DNA of 64,000 nt. It comes from Glaucostegus cemiculus. Its lineage: Eukaryota. Below are positions 51,725-63,195 of the stretch, one piece after another. Both the position numbers and the translations under genes were made by a program. The number at the start of each line of letters is the position of its first letter. Position 1 is the stretch's first letter. The notes beneath the pieces are model-generated. The model ran no database searches and was not told where the DNA came from. It saw nothing but the letters and a program-made list of their open reading frames with translations. The stretch lies in assembly GCA_976551045.1 (NCBI GenBank), contig CDPCPM010000077.1:7068001-7132000 (forward strand). Reading direction: 5' to 3'.

Positions 51725-52699
51725 TTTACTTCCCTCCGTAGATGCTGCCTGACCTGCCGAGTTCCTCCAGCACTTTTTGTGTATATCCAGAGCCTGTGGT
51801 TGAGATGTATTCAGCCTCTGTTTATACAAAGACCCAACGTCTGTTTGGGTATCCCTTCCTGGAATTGTGCTTTGTAAGTACTTCTTACTGGATTTTGTTT
51901 GAATGTGAGCTGTGTAACATCATCCTCAATGTTTTTCTTCGACCACATGGTTCCATAATTGGTTGAATTGGCTGTTTGCATTATCTCATACTGAGCCACG
52001 AGAGTGGGACTTGAACTCACAGTCTTCTACGACTAACGTGTAACTCGATGAGCTACATGATGCCGAGTAAGTTTAAACCAGGAAAATTGAAGTGGGTTTA
52101 ACCTCACTTTATACAGAAATTGGAGGAAAGAGTGTGAATGTTATTTCCAAAGCTTTCAGTGTATGAAAGTTCAGTTGCATCACACCAGAAATAATAAAAA
52201 CCTTCCATACGACAGACCAACATACCTCTACCCTTTGTTGGTGAGAATACTGGGCCCCTGACACAGTCATATTTACAGACCTGCTGTCTTTTCAACTAAT
52301 AACCTGGTAATTTTATGTCCTTCTTAAAAAAAAATTCTGATTTATGACGGTTGACACAGGGCAGCTAACTAGGAAACACTGGCCTTTTCTTCATCTTTCT
52401 TTCTCACATGCAGTTGATCATCTTGCCCAGCATGTTTGTCATTATTCTCCCTAAAGGATTTAAGGGGTTGGGAGGCGAGGGGGTGGCTGGCTTTCAGCTT
52501 GATGCCAAAAATAGTCTCCAGTGCAAAATTTCCAAGATGTAGGTTTGCAGAAGATAATAACCGCCTGTTGACAGTAACATTTAATAACTTTCCTTCACAA
52601 TGAATTTAGTTTAGTACTAAACACAGATTCAACCAGACTGAAAACTCATGCCTGTTTATATTCCTTTGGGGATATTGCTCATGAAAATCTAAATTTTAC

Positions 52700-53330
52700 C
52701 ACATTAAATTTCTCTACCCTCTTCCCTTCAGTTTATTCTAACATTTATATATAACATTTCCTCTCTCATTCTCACCCTCAGTTCTACTTAACCCCCTCTC
52801 TCCCTGACCACGTTACCCCCTTTTCTCTGTGCTCTATGTGAAAGTCTGTGATGTCCTCGTAGCTCAGTTTGCTCTGTTTCTTCCTCTTTTTCTGTATGCT
52901 CATTATCTCTTTCTCTCTGTTTTCTATATCTGTATAATTCTCTCACTATTTCACTTTCCCTGTCCATTTTTCTCTCTTTCCTTTTCCCTCTTTGCATAAT
53001 TCCGTCTTTCTTGTGCTGTTTCGTTTCCCTTGTCCGAATCCCCCTATCCCATCTCTACCTGTCTTCCTCTCCCGCAGTCCCTTCTCCCTCCATCTCTGCC
53101 TCTCCTTTGGTCCCCTCCCCATCACTGTCTGTCTGCCTCTCTTTTCACAAATTCTCTTTCCACAAATGCTATCTGACCTGCTGAGTTTTTTTCCAGCACT
53201 TTGCATTTTTACTTCCGATTTCCAGCACTATTTTTTTAATCTTTGTTTCCTCCCTCTCACAGTCTGTCTGATTTCCCCTTTCTCTCTCTCTCTCTCTCTC
53301 TCTCTTTTTCTGTGTCTCCATGTCTTTTCC
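52700..53330 (+). repeat. Polypyrimidine low-complexity tract with (CT)n microsatellite at about 53280-53305
   Basis: Strong C/T skew on the + strand. A similar tract lies at about 42020-42320. Confidence 0.8.
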
Positions 53331-56300
53331 CATTGCTTGGAATTAAATTCTGACTTTTGATAATTGTAGAAATGATTTAATTTCTCTAATTCGGGATGGG
53401 GTCTGAGAATAATTGGAACTGGAAGAAGTGGGACTGTGTGCTTTTGGGTAGAGAAGAATTGAGACCCCAATACTTGATTGCCCTTCACCTCAATCGATCA
53501 GACATTGAACATGTGATACTGAAGATATTATCCTTTGGGAGATGTTATATCCAACCCCTTTCCATCTAACAGTAGATGTAAACAGTCCTGTGGTGGTGTT
53601 GAACCAAATGCAATTTAATTAATCATTCATTTATCTTTCCAAGAATTGTGGTCTACAACTTAATTCCTGAACAGCAATCTGTGTAGTGTTTTTCAAATGA
53701 TTGGGGAATATTAAAATTTTGAATAAATTTAAGTCACCTTTTCAATTAGATATATACCCTTTACCCAAATTATAGAGTCATACTGCAGGGGAACAGGCCC
53801 ATCTAAGCTTGTCCTCATTTGCCCATGTTTGGCCCATATCCTAGCAAATCTTTCCTATCCATGTACCTATCCAAGTGCCTTGTTTGTAGGATGGCACAGC
53901 TTGATGGGCCAAAGGGCCTGTTCTGTGCTGTAATGTTCTATGTTCTACACCTTCCTCTGACTCTTTCTAATATTATTTAAGCTGCAAAAGTAAGAAATGA
54001 TTTTGTCTGAAGATTGAGGCAACCCCATGACAACAGGAGTCTGTACTCACGTTTCAGTCTGACTGTGGAACACATTAAAGTCAAGTAAAGTATGGATCCA
54101 CATTCCCATTATTTAAGGAAGTCTCATTATTCCTTTTCAGTATTGGCTCCAATTGGACAATAATTCCAGCACAGTGTGAAGTTATGTATAAAAGACTCAG
54201 GTGATCTGCCGAGCTTCATGGGTACTGCAAGATCCTGTCATAATGGTTTGAGAGAGGAGATAATTCCATCTGTGAAATAAAAACTTAATGTCCTGTTTCT
54301 ACAAGACTTAAAAAAGGCAACAAAAGTTTATAAATCCATTATAAAATACCTCCTGAGAATAATGGACCAGAATTTTTAAAAAAATCTTGATTTTTTTTTA
54401 ATAGATTAAAACCATGGTGAATTTGCAAAAAAGCATTTATTTTATTCTTTGACTTTTTGGAAACTCTTTCTAACCACTCCTTTTCAGAGCTTTTCATTGG
54501 TTGCAGATCTTGCGTCGTAAGAAGGGTCTCTCTTCTTAAAGGCTAAAAGGTCTTTTGATTTTTGGATGTCTAATGGAGAACTAATACAATGTAAGATAAA
54601 ATTTGTATAACATACTTTCTTAAAGGCTTCTAAAGTGAATCTCTGAATGCAAAATGTTCATCCCTCCTGCTATGGAATAGAAAGCTGCACCATATTAAAT
54701 TGTAACATTGCAAATTCTAATTGAGGGAAAACCAGGAAAGAAGAAGTATTAATTATAAGTAACCGTTGAACGTACAATATCAGATTAAAATAAGGTCTGG
54801 ATTATCAGAAATTTAAGGATATAACAACTTTTATCATGGAACAGAAGGAATGACACTTTACACCCTTATAACTTCTGACCCAAAAATGTTATTATTTAAC
54901 AGTAATTATTATGACTAAGAGTGACATACATCTCACATAGAACAGCTTGATAGGTTGATTATTTTCTGTAGTGAGAATAATCTGTATAAATTGAATTTCA
55001 CGTCAAATCACTCATTCTGTGTCAATTTATCGGTAAAGATCACAACAGCACACCTGTGGAGGAGCAGGTGGCAGCTTTTGAGGTTCTGCATTTGTACTTG
55101 TGGGAGAGCGGAGGCTGCTGTAAGTTTTCACATAGTATTGACAGTGAACACTGGGGCGTGGAGAAGGGGGAGATGGGTGGAAGGGGCTCGCGTTCATTAG
55201 AACTGCCAATTGTTACTTGTGGGATTTTGCTGTGTGCAATGTGACTGTCAGGTTTGCTCAATAAGTATAATCACTGAATTTTAAATGAATTCCTTGATTA
55301 TGAATCACTTTAGGGCACTTCTGGAAGACAAGGTAAGATGTATAAATAATTACAAGCCTGGCTCTGCCTATATTCAAATCTCAGCAAATGCGATAACCAC
55401 ACTTCTCTCAAATGCTGAATAACTAAATTATAGTTTCTATGATGATGAAAGTAAAACAGCCTTGGGCAAAGCTGCTATTTTGGGAGCAGCTTGTCTGAAA
55501 GTTCTGGCATTTAATCATTAATGAACACCAAAGTGCCTGTATGCTATAAAACCTGGTTAATTGGACATGTTACACATGTTGTCAGATCTACAGACGGAAT
55601 AAGCAGACCATTGTTTGCTTACACAGAACAGAGCAGAAAATGTATGTATTTTGGCAGCATTTATAAGAATTTTGTTTTGTTCTTTTCTTTACTGTCTACT
55701 GTTGCATGTCCATTATATTGCAGCATCGAATTAGACAAATCTAACATTTTAAACTTGCAGGCTCCACAATTTATCAGAAGGGAAAAATGTAGTAAATGGA
55801 AAAGGAGAGAGCAAGTGGGTGAAAAACTGAATGAACCCCAACATTAAGGTTATGGTAGATTTGGCTAAATTACTGTTTTATTTATACAGATGGAGGTATG
55901 CTCTATTGCCTATCTCTGCATATGGTTAGACAGGGTGGATGTTGAGAGATTATTTGTTATTGGAGAGATTAGAAATTGGGAGCGGGGTGGGGTGGGGGGG
56001 CGGAAATTTCAGGAAATGTGGCCAGTTGTTTCAAGACTGAGGGAGCAACCATTATCATGATAGAATTTTTCATTAAGATGGACTGACTTAGTGACTTATA
56101 GACGATTGAGAGTAGGGTCCTGAATTTAAATCAAGAACACAACATTGATATGAGACAAGGGTTGTCTAAGCTTGGGGATTATTATTTATCAAGTTGATGG
56201 TGAATCTGTCCAATGCAAATATTTAAGGAGCAAATTCCCGGAGGTAAAGTACTTAAATAGATAGAGTTTGGATGGCAGACAGGAAACAAGGAATAGCAAT

Positions 56301-56496
56301 AAGCTGGTCCTTTTTCCAATTGGTAGGTAGTGACTTGTAGGGTATCACAGGATTCAGTGCTTGGAGCGTAGCTATTCACAATATATATTAATGATTTAGA
56401 TAAAGGAATTCAATATAATATCAGAGGGTCACACAAAGCTGAGTGGGGCCATGCAGGAGGATGCAGAGACATCCCTGTGTGATATGGACAGATTAA

Positions 56497-56772
56497 ACAT
56501 AGAACATAGATACCTACAGCACAATTCAGACCCTTCGGCCCACAAAGCTGTGCTGAACATGTCCCCACACTATTAGGCTTACCCATAGCCTTATCTTATT
56601 TACCTCCATGTACCTATCCAACAGTCTCTTGAAAGACCCTAACGTATCCGCCTCCACCACCATCTCCGGCAGCTCATTCCACGCACTCACCACTCTCTGA
56701 GTAAAAAACTTACCCCTAACATCTCCCCTATATCTTCCCCCCAGCACCTTAAACCTATGTCCTCTTGTTCTT
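56497..56772 (-). mobile_element. Young CR1-like 3' end
   Basis: Translation RTRGHRFKVLGGRYRGDVRGKFFTQRVVSAWNELPEMVVEADTLGSFKRLLDRYM is the typical CR1 C-terminus. Confidence 0.88.
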
Positions 56773-57320
56773 ATTAAAGATTCTGTTACAGCGCCAGCGA
56801 TCGGGGTTCGACTCCCATCACTGACCGTAAGGAGCCTGCACGCGATTTGGTAAACACAGATGAACACAAGAAAATCAGAGCAGGAGCAGAAGCAGAAGCA
56901 GGCTCTTCAAGCCTGCCCCACTATTTAATACAGTCATGGCTGATCTCTGCTGGCCTCAACTCCTCTTCTGTGCCGTTTCTCCATACCCCTCTATTCCTCG
57001 ATCCGTCAAATATTTATCTGCCTCCATTTTAATTATTTCTAATGATCCAGCTTCCACCAACCACCGGGACAGAGAATTCCAGGGATTCACCACCACTGGG
57101 GCAGAACAGTAGTGTAGCGGTTAGCGTAATGCTGTTACAGTGCCAGCGACCCGGGTTCAATTCCAGCCGCTGTCTCACTCCTACTGTGTAGATTGGGATC
57201 AGGCACTTGCTAGATTTAGAATCAAGTGGAATTAAGCAGCCACCTACATGTACTTCAGACCTATCAATACTGCTCTGTTGTCAGTAAACATGTTTGTTAT
57301 TGCTGATTAGCTAAATGCAG

Positions 57321-58140
57321 TGTTACGAAACCAGCAACAAAAGAAGCACACCAATTCATACTTCAGCGTTAAAACTACTTTATTAATAACTACATCTGAT
57401 AATACGTAAAATAAGAATAAAAAGTTAGTATATTAGTACAAAACAAAATATTAGAATCTTAAACTATAACCCCAAAAACTACTCGTCGTGTGTATGTGGC
57501 AAATTCCTAAACTCAAAGTCCAGGAATTAGTTCTTAAAGTTCAGTTCAGTAAGCCGTAAGATGAAACACAAGTAGAGGCTTCTTCAGAAGCACCGTCCAC
57601 CGAAGACAAAACATAGATATAGAGAGAGCTTAGAGAGGAATCACGAAATCCAAATGTTCCACTCAAAACTCAGACGACACTTCAGGGCTAACTCGGTAGT
57701 GACTTTCTCACCCCGAAAACTCCTGGATCGTGACTGTCCATGCAAATACCTGTGTCCTTCTACAGTTTAGCAGCAAAGTGAATTCCATCACTTTGTTCCA
57801 CAATATCCGCCACTCTGAAGAGCATCCAAAATGTGGTTGTCCACGCAAACACCTGTGTTCTTCTACAGGTTACCGACAAAGTGAACTCCACTGGACTACT
57901 CCAGAAATCCATCCACGGATTTTAGTGACAAACACAGTTACTGTCCTTCATCCATCGATAGAAACAAAACAGGCTGCCGTCTCTCCCTCCCCTCTCGATT
58001 TGTGTTTGTCTCTCTTTTTTTCTCTTTTTTGTAATGATCTCATCACGTTCATCTTATCTTCTGTTGACGTAATACGTTGCACACACGCACAATGTCCCAT
58101 CTTAAAGGGATATTTGCCAATAGTAAGCTACTTCGTAACA
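57321..58140 (-). mobile_element. Solo LTR, 820 bp (Gypsy/ERV-like)
   Basis: Termini TGTTACGAA...TTCGTAACA form a perfect 9-bp inverted repeat (TG...CA), with a 4-bp TSD GCAG on both sides. AATAAA lies on the minus strand at 57379-57384. Internal 53-bp direct repeat at 57735-57787 and 57838-57890. Confidence 0.85.
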
Positions 58141-59285
58141 GCAGATATTGAGGGAAATCGCAACTTGTATCAATATGTTGTGATGTTGCTTTCTTTTAGT
58201 CAGTTTTCACATTATTACGCAGCTCGAAATGTTTCTACACACATCCCAAATTCCAAAGGAAAGAATTCAGAATTGTGGTGGCAATGTTTTCACAGTTCAG
58301 GTTACATGGTCCGAGGCTTTCCTTCACACCCACCATCACACACTGCAACTATTGACAGCACCTGTGGTGATGTGTCTTTATTTGAACATGCGGTGCTGTT
58401 GAGAAGAGGGGGAGTGTGCAAGATGGTGCATTTGATGCCTACAAGGCAACATTGAGAGGAGCTATGAATGGTGATAGCAATATCAGTTTAATTAGTGAAC
58501 AGTTACAACGGATTGAGTGATTTTTGGATGCACAAGATAATAGAAGCGTTCTCTTTACGTGAAGATTGCTCTGTGCAAGCTCTCAACGAATAACTTGAAT
58601 GATAGGACAAAATGGATGGATCCAGTGCCTTTGCAGTGTTCAGTAAAAGCCAACATTTTTAAGGTTTTGCTGTACCTATAACTATGCGGATTCCACATTG
58701 AACTATGGACATGAACAGTCAAAGTTTCTGATTGGCTGAGAGTCATTCTCTTCTCTCTGCCTAATGCTATTCCTGCCTTACCTTGAAGGATTGATCCTAC
58801 ATTTGGAACTGATTATCAGAGCTAATGTCTTGAGGAAAGAGACAGAAGATTTGGTGGGGATATGACTAAGATTTTATGGAAAATGGCAAAACCTGTTAGT
58901 CTTTCCCCAATATTTGTTATATCTTTTGATGAGGTAATTCTTTTAAGAGATTTGGAACCAAAAATTTCTGACAAACGTATTTAAAAAACTGCATAAAATG
59001 TATAGAACAGGAAAAATGGCCCATTTTTTTAATAGTGTTTATTCCTTTGGCCTTCTCCCACCATGCATCATCTAACCCTAGCAGCACCGATTTCTATTCC
59101 CTTCCCTCCGTGTCTGTTTGTTCAGCCTTCCCTTAAATGTATTCATGTTATCTGCCACAACCACTCCCTGTGGCAACAAGTTCCTGAACCCTGGGATAAG
59201 AAGTTACAATAGGAAACATAAATCACTGCCGCTGTCGGAGATGGTATTCCTACAATGTCTGATCAAAACCTGTTCTTTCTTTCAG

Positions 59286-59438
59286 AACTCGGTAACAAGG
59301 AGTGCCCCCCTAAACAGTGACGCACAGAACCGGATGGGAGCTCGCTTCTTAACCACGTACGACAAGAGATTCGTCATTAAAACCATAACTAGCGAAGATG
59401 TAGCAGAGATGCACAATATTTTAAAAAAATACCATCAG
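59286..59438 (+). CDS. PIP4K2B: PI5P 4-kinase type-2 (beta-like), coding exon 4 (153 nt)
   Basis: Acceptor ttctttctttcag; encodes NSVTRSAPLNSDAQNRMGARFLTTYDKRFVIKTITSEDVAEMHNILKKYHQ, including the ATP-binding VIK lysine; donor CAG|gtaggc. Confidence 0.96.
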
Positions 59439-60007
59439 GTAGGCAAGGAAAATTTGGTTTAAGGGCTGTGATTAAAAAGGATTTGTATCCCTGAAAGAAC
59501 CAAGTGGGCAGTATGTTGGTATAGTTCAGGTTTTCGGTGAAGGCAGAAGAAGAGAGTATTCATTGCTTGAGACTTTGATCCGCATTTGCCGATGAAAATA
59601 AATTAAACCTTCTGCACCTTGAGATGCTGCAGTATGTTGTGGAGGGAGGAAGAGATTTATTTCTGACTGTTCTACATTTTGTCCACCACTTAAACGGGTC
59701 TGAAGCAGGAAGAGGAGTAACCTTGAGCTAAAACTTGTAATCATGGCTGTCTGAATGATTAATTGCTGTGCTCGCACAGGCAATGGGCATGGAAGTTAAA
59801 CTGGGGCCAATGGAAGTGGCCAGAATAGGGAGTCCTGAAGCAAATGCTTAATAGGAACAAATGTGTATGTACATTTATATATATTGCTGTCCATAGGAAA
59901 TATGACCTGAAGCTAATATCCCAGACTGAAACATAGCGCCTACACCAGGATTTAATAAGCCTTAAGAAGTGCAGCTCTTTTTTTTCATGGTAGTCTTCTT
60001 TTAGTTA

Positions 60008-60664
60008 AAAATTAACAGCAGATGGGAGCTCTACCAATGTTTAATGGATAAAAGCACTACATGGTGTTGCATTGGCCCATAGAGACCAGGTCCGAGGTTC
60101 GTTTCCTTGTCTGCGCCGAGTTAATGGGGAGACTGCAGATGAATTCCATGCCCCTGGATTATGGAGTGATAAAATGGACCAAGGGTCCTTCTGCTGACCC
60201 TGTGGCAAGGTTTCTGTGTTTGATATAAGTAAGAATGGAAGCTTTAGAGAGGGTGCAGAGGAGAATGACCAGGATGCTGCCTGGATTAGAGAACATGTCT
60301 TATGAGGAAAGGTTGAGCGAGCTATGGCTTTTCTCTTTGGAGTGACAGAGGATGAGAGGCGACTTGATAGAGGTATGTAGGATAATGAGAGGCATAGGTA
60401 GAGTGGACAGTCAGCACCTTTTCTCCCAGGTGGCAATAGCCAATACCAGAAGACATTGGTATTGGTTTATTATTGTCACGTACTGAGATACAGTGGAAAA
60501 TTAACAGCAGATGGGAGCTCTACCGATGTTTAATGGATAAAAGCACTACTTGGTGTTGCATTGGCCCATAGACACCAGGTCCAAGGTTTGTTTCCTTGTC
60601 TGCGCCGAGTTAGTGGGGAGACTGCAGATGGATTCCATGCCCCTGGATTAAGGAGAGATAAAAT
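60008..60664 (+). repeat. 168-bp direct duplication (60008-60175 and 60497-60664)
   Basis: Ungapped alignment at offset 489, with about 9 substitutions by manual count. Confidence 0.93.
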
Positions 60665-61125
60665 TTCTCTTGCATACCAATTTAAAAGGTCAATTCATTA
60701 CACAGTGCAGTTACGTTGGGTTAGTACAGAGTGCATTGAAGTAGTACAGTTAAAAACAATAACAGTACAGAGTAAAGTGTCACAGCTGCAGAGAAAGTGC
60801 AGTGCAATAAGTGCAAGGTCACAACAAGGTAGATCGTGAGGTCAGAGTCCATCTCAGGAAAGGTTAGGGGAGATGTCAGAGGTAGGTTTTTTCACATAGA
60901 GAGTGGTTGGTGCCTGGAATGCACTGCTGGGGCTGGTGGTAGAGGTTGATACAATAGGGACATTCAAAAGACTGTTAGATAGGCACGTGGATGTAAAGAA
61001 AATGGAGGGTTGTTGGCTGTGTAGGGGGGAAGGGTTAGATTGATCGTGGAGTAGCCTTATATAGATTGGCATTACTCTGAGCCAGAAAGCCCATACTGTG
61101 CTGTACTGCTCTCTGTTCTACGTTC
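60236..61125 (+). mobile_element. CR1 3' fragment split by a Rex1-like tail and a templated insertion
   Basis: Translation ALERVQRRMTRMLPGLENMSYEERLSEL at about 60240-60325. CR1 resumes at about 60856 and ends in ctgtgctgtactgctctctgttcta. Confidence 0.85.
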
Positions 61126-61329
61126 AAGTGAAAATGGGATAGACCCCATCAGGAAGAACCTGCTGAAGCTTATTTTTCTTTGTGAAAGTTGGTGTGCACC
61201 CTTGGAGCCAATGCCCAGCATGTGTTGGTTTTTGGGAGAGGAGCAGAGAAAATGCCAGCAGGTTAATGAAATTGGGGTGTTTCTATTTAACTTGCTTTGT
61301 TTACTAATATCTTTCTTTTTCCCCTGCAG

Positions 61330-61476
61330 TATATTGTGGAATGCCATGGTAACACACTTCTTCCCCAATTCCTGGGCATGTATCGGTTAACGGTGGATGG
61401 AGTGGAGACTTATATGACCGTAACAAGAAATGTATTTAGTCACAGACTTACTGTCCACAGGAAATACGACCTGAAG
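61330..61476 (+). CDS. PIP4K2B: PI5P 4-kinase type-2 (beta-like), coding exon 5 (147 nt)
   Basis: Acceptor tttttcccctgcag; encodes [49 protein letters not shown], with the PIPK motifs LLPQFLGMY and KYDLK; donor AAG|gtacaa. Confidence 0.96.
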
Positions 61477-62607
61477 GTACAACCCAGATGCAATACCCTT
61501 CACTAGGACTTTCTTGTGCTCATACCTTCTGAAACTGCACAAAACACAAGTTGGGCCAATGAAATGTAATGATTTCTCTGTAAGAAAAGGAATTGTACAC
61601 TGCAGAAAAATTAATTTGTATAACTCTTCATATATAAAAAATACCTTTGAATGGAAAGTGCATGCAATCAATAGGGAAGGAAAACAGGATAAGATTCTAT
61701 GGATAAACTAAGGTACAGTCAAAGAGTTATTTATCTTCTGGGAGGTTTTGAAGAGAGAAGGGAAACAACAGGCAGTGATTCAGTGAGACTGTTCAAAAGG
61801 GATGGGAGTTGATAAAGGAATGGGTGCCAATGATGGAAAATAAGCAATCACCCAGTGTAGAAGAGGTAACTGCAATGGCACGTGGCTACAAAAGATCACC
61901 ATTACAAGGCTGCAAAGGTTTTTAAAACGAGAACAAATTGAAGTCAATTTTATTGGGATATTGGGAGCTTAGTAAAAGGTTAGACCTTTGGTAAGGAGTG
62001 AGGTAATGTACTTGTCATTTCTGATGTGCCTGCAGTGTTCCTAATGAAAGCTCTCTTGTAATTTCAGTAGAAAATACTATAAGTTTGAAGTAGCTCCTGA
62101 ATGTTAGCAGTCCGCTCCTCAATACATTCTTTTTATAGAGTAGGTGTTGAATGCTATACACTTTGTTGGAAAATAACTCTTACTAAGTTTCTTGTACTTA
62201 ATTAAATATTTTGTATAGACCAGTTCAGTTCAGTCCACCAGCCAGTTAGCAGGTCAGATACAGGGACGATCTGGGTTTGATTGACTGCTGTGGTGTTAAA
62301 CTGGCTGACTCAGGCCTTTGGCCTTATGCTGATATGCACTATGGATCCTGCTCCTGATCTCTCTGTTGACAAAGGTCTTGAAGTTCATGTGCATGAACAT
62401 CATAGATTCCTAGAGTTATACAGCATAGAAGCAGGCCCTTTGGACACAACTTGACCATGCCAACCAAGATGCCTATCTATGCTAATCCCATTTGCCTGTG
62501 TTTGTCCCATATCCCTCTCAACCTTTGCTATCCATGTCCAAATCTGTCTTAAACATTGTAATTTAGCTACACCTCCTCTAGCAGCTCATTCTATAATTAA
62601 GCTTCAA

Positions 62608-62800
62608 ATAATCTACTGGAGGAACTCAGCGGGTCGAGCAGCAGTTGTGGAAGGAAAGGAACCCTGCATGGTTTCGAGCCAAAATGTCGATAATTCCACC
62701 GCTCCCCGCTCCTCCACAGATGCTGCTCGACCCACTGAGTTCCTCCAGTATGTTGTTTGTTGCTCCAGATTCCAGCATCTGCAGTCTCTTTTGTCTCCAT
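62608..62800. mobile_element. Short Penelope-pLTR-derived palindromic element
   Basis: tactggaggaactcagcgggtcgagcagca is inverted relative to tgctgctcgacccactgagttcctccagta. Related, more decayed copies lie at about 1285-1415, 35235-35425, 46670-46760 and 53155-53240. Confidence 0.7.
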
Positions 62801-63151
62801 AATCAAGCTTACACGTGGTGCTCACCGTAATGGGGCGATCATTGACCAGGCTTGCCCATGGATAATGCCCACATAAAGTATATTTGTTCTGGCAGGAAAA
62901 GGTGATTCTTGAACTTATAGAATGCTGCTCACGGCCTCGTCATCCTGAACAGCTTCCAGACAATGATCTCTGAAGTGTGGTCACATTTATCATATAGGAA
63001 CACAGCACTCAATTTGTACCTGACAACCAAACCAACAGTGTGATAGTGATCAGATAACCTGTTGTGATGCTGATTGAGAGATAAGTATTGGACTGCTGCT
63101 GGGAATAAGAAGAACATGAGCAATAGGAACAGGAGCAGTCCATTGTTTCCC

Positions 63152-63195
63152 TTGTGCCTTCTCCACCGTTCAATTGTGCCTTCTCCACCGTTCAA
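63152..63195 (+). repeat. 22-bp perfect tandem duplication
   Basis: ttgtgccttctccaccgttcaa twice. Confidence 0.9.

Larger units (their letters stand above)
50901..51790 (+). mobile_element. 5'-truncated Penelope-like element with GIY-YIG endonuclease C-terminus and inverted pseudo-LTR
   Basis: ORF end DLPVATNFNSTSHSHTDVSIHGL...RRLEEQHLAFRLGSLQPDGLNIDFSNFR* (stop at 51342), then a pyrimidine-rich 3' region. About 180-bp inverted repeats (about 50933-51113 vs 51591-51771) each carry a CTGATGA...GAA motif. Confidence 0.88.

Noticed and set aside
51245-51877. 210-aa Pro/Leu/Ser-rich ORF
   Set aside because: It is an off-frame read through the pyrimidine-rich Penelope 3' region. The real remnant frame is 51106-51342.
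57098-57175. tRNA-like sequence with A/B boxes
   Set aside because: It is the same sequence as the SINE heads elsewhere in the window, and I could not see a convincing cloverleaf or terminator. It is not called as a tRNA gene.
57730-58455. Longest ORF in the track (241 aa)
   Set aside because: It starts at GTG, has no recognisable domain, and runs across the solo-LTR boundary into flanking DNA, so it is a chance ORF.
59118-59462. 114-aa ORF as an extended exon 4 or alternative start
   Set aside because: The upstream part is decayed CR1-like intron sequence, and a strong acceptor at 59285 defines the real exon.
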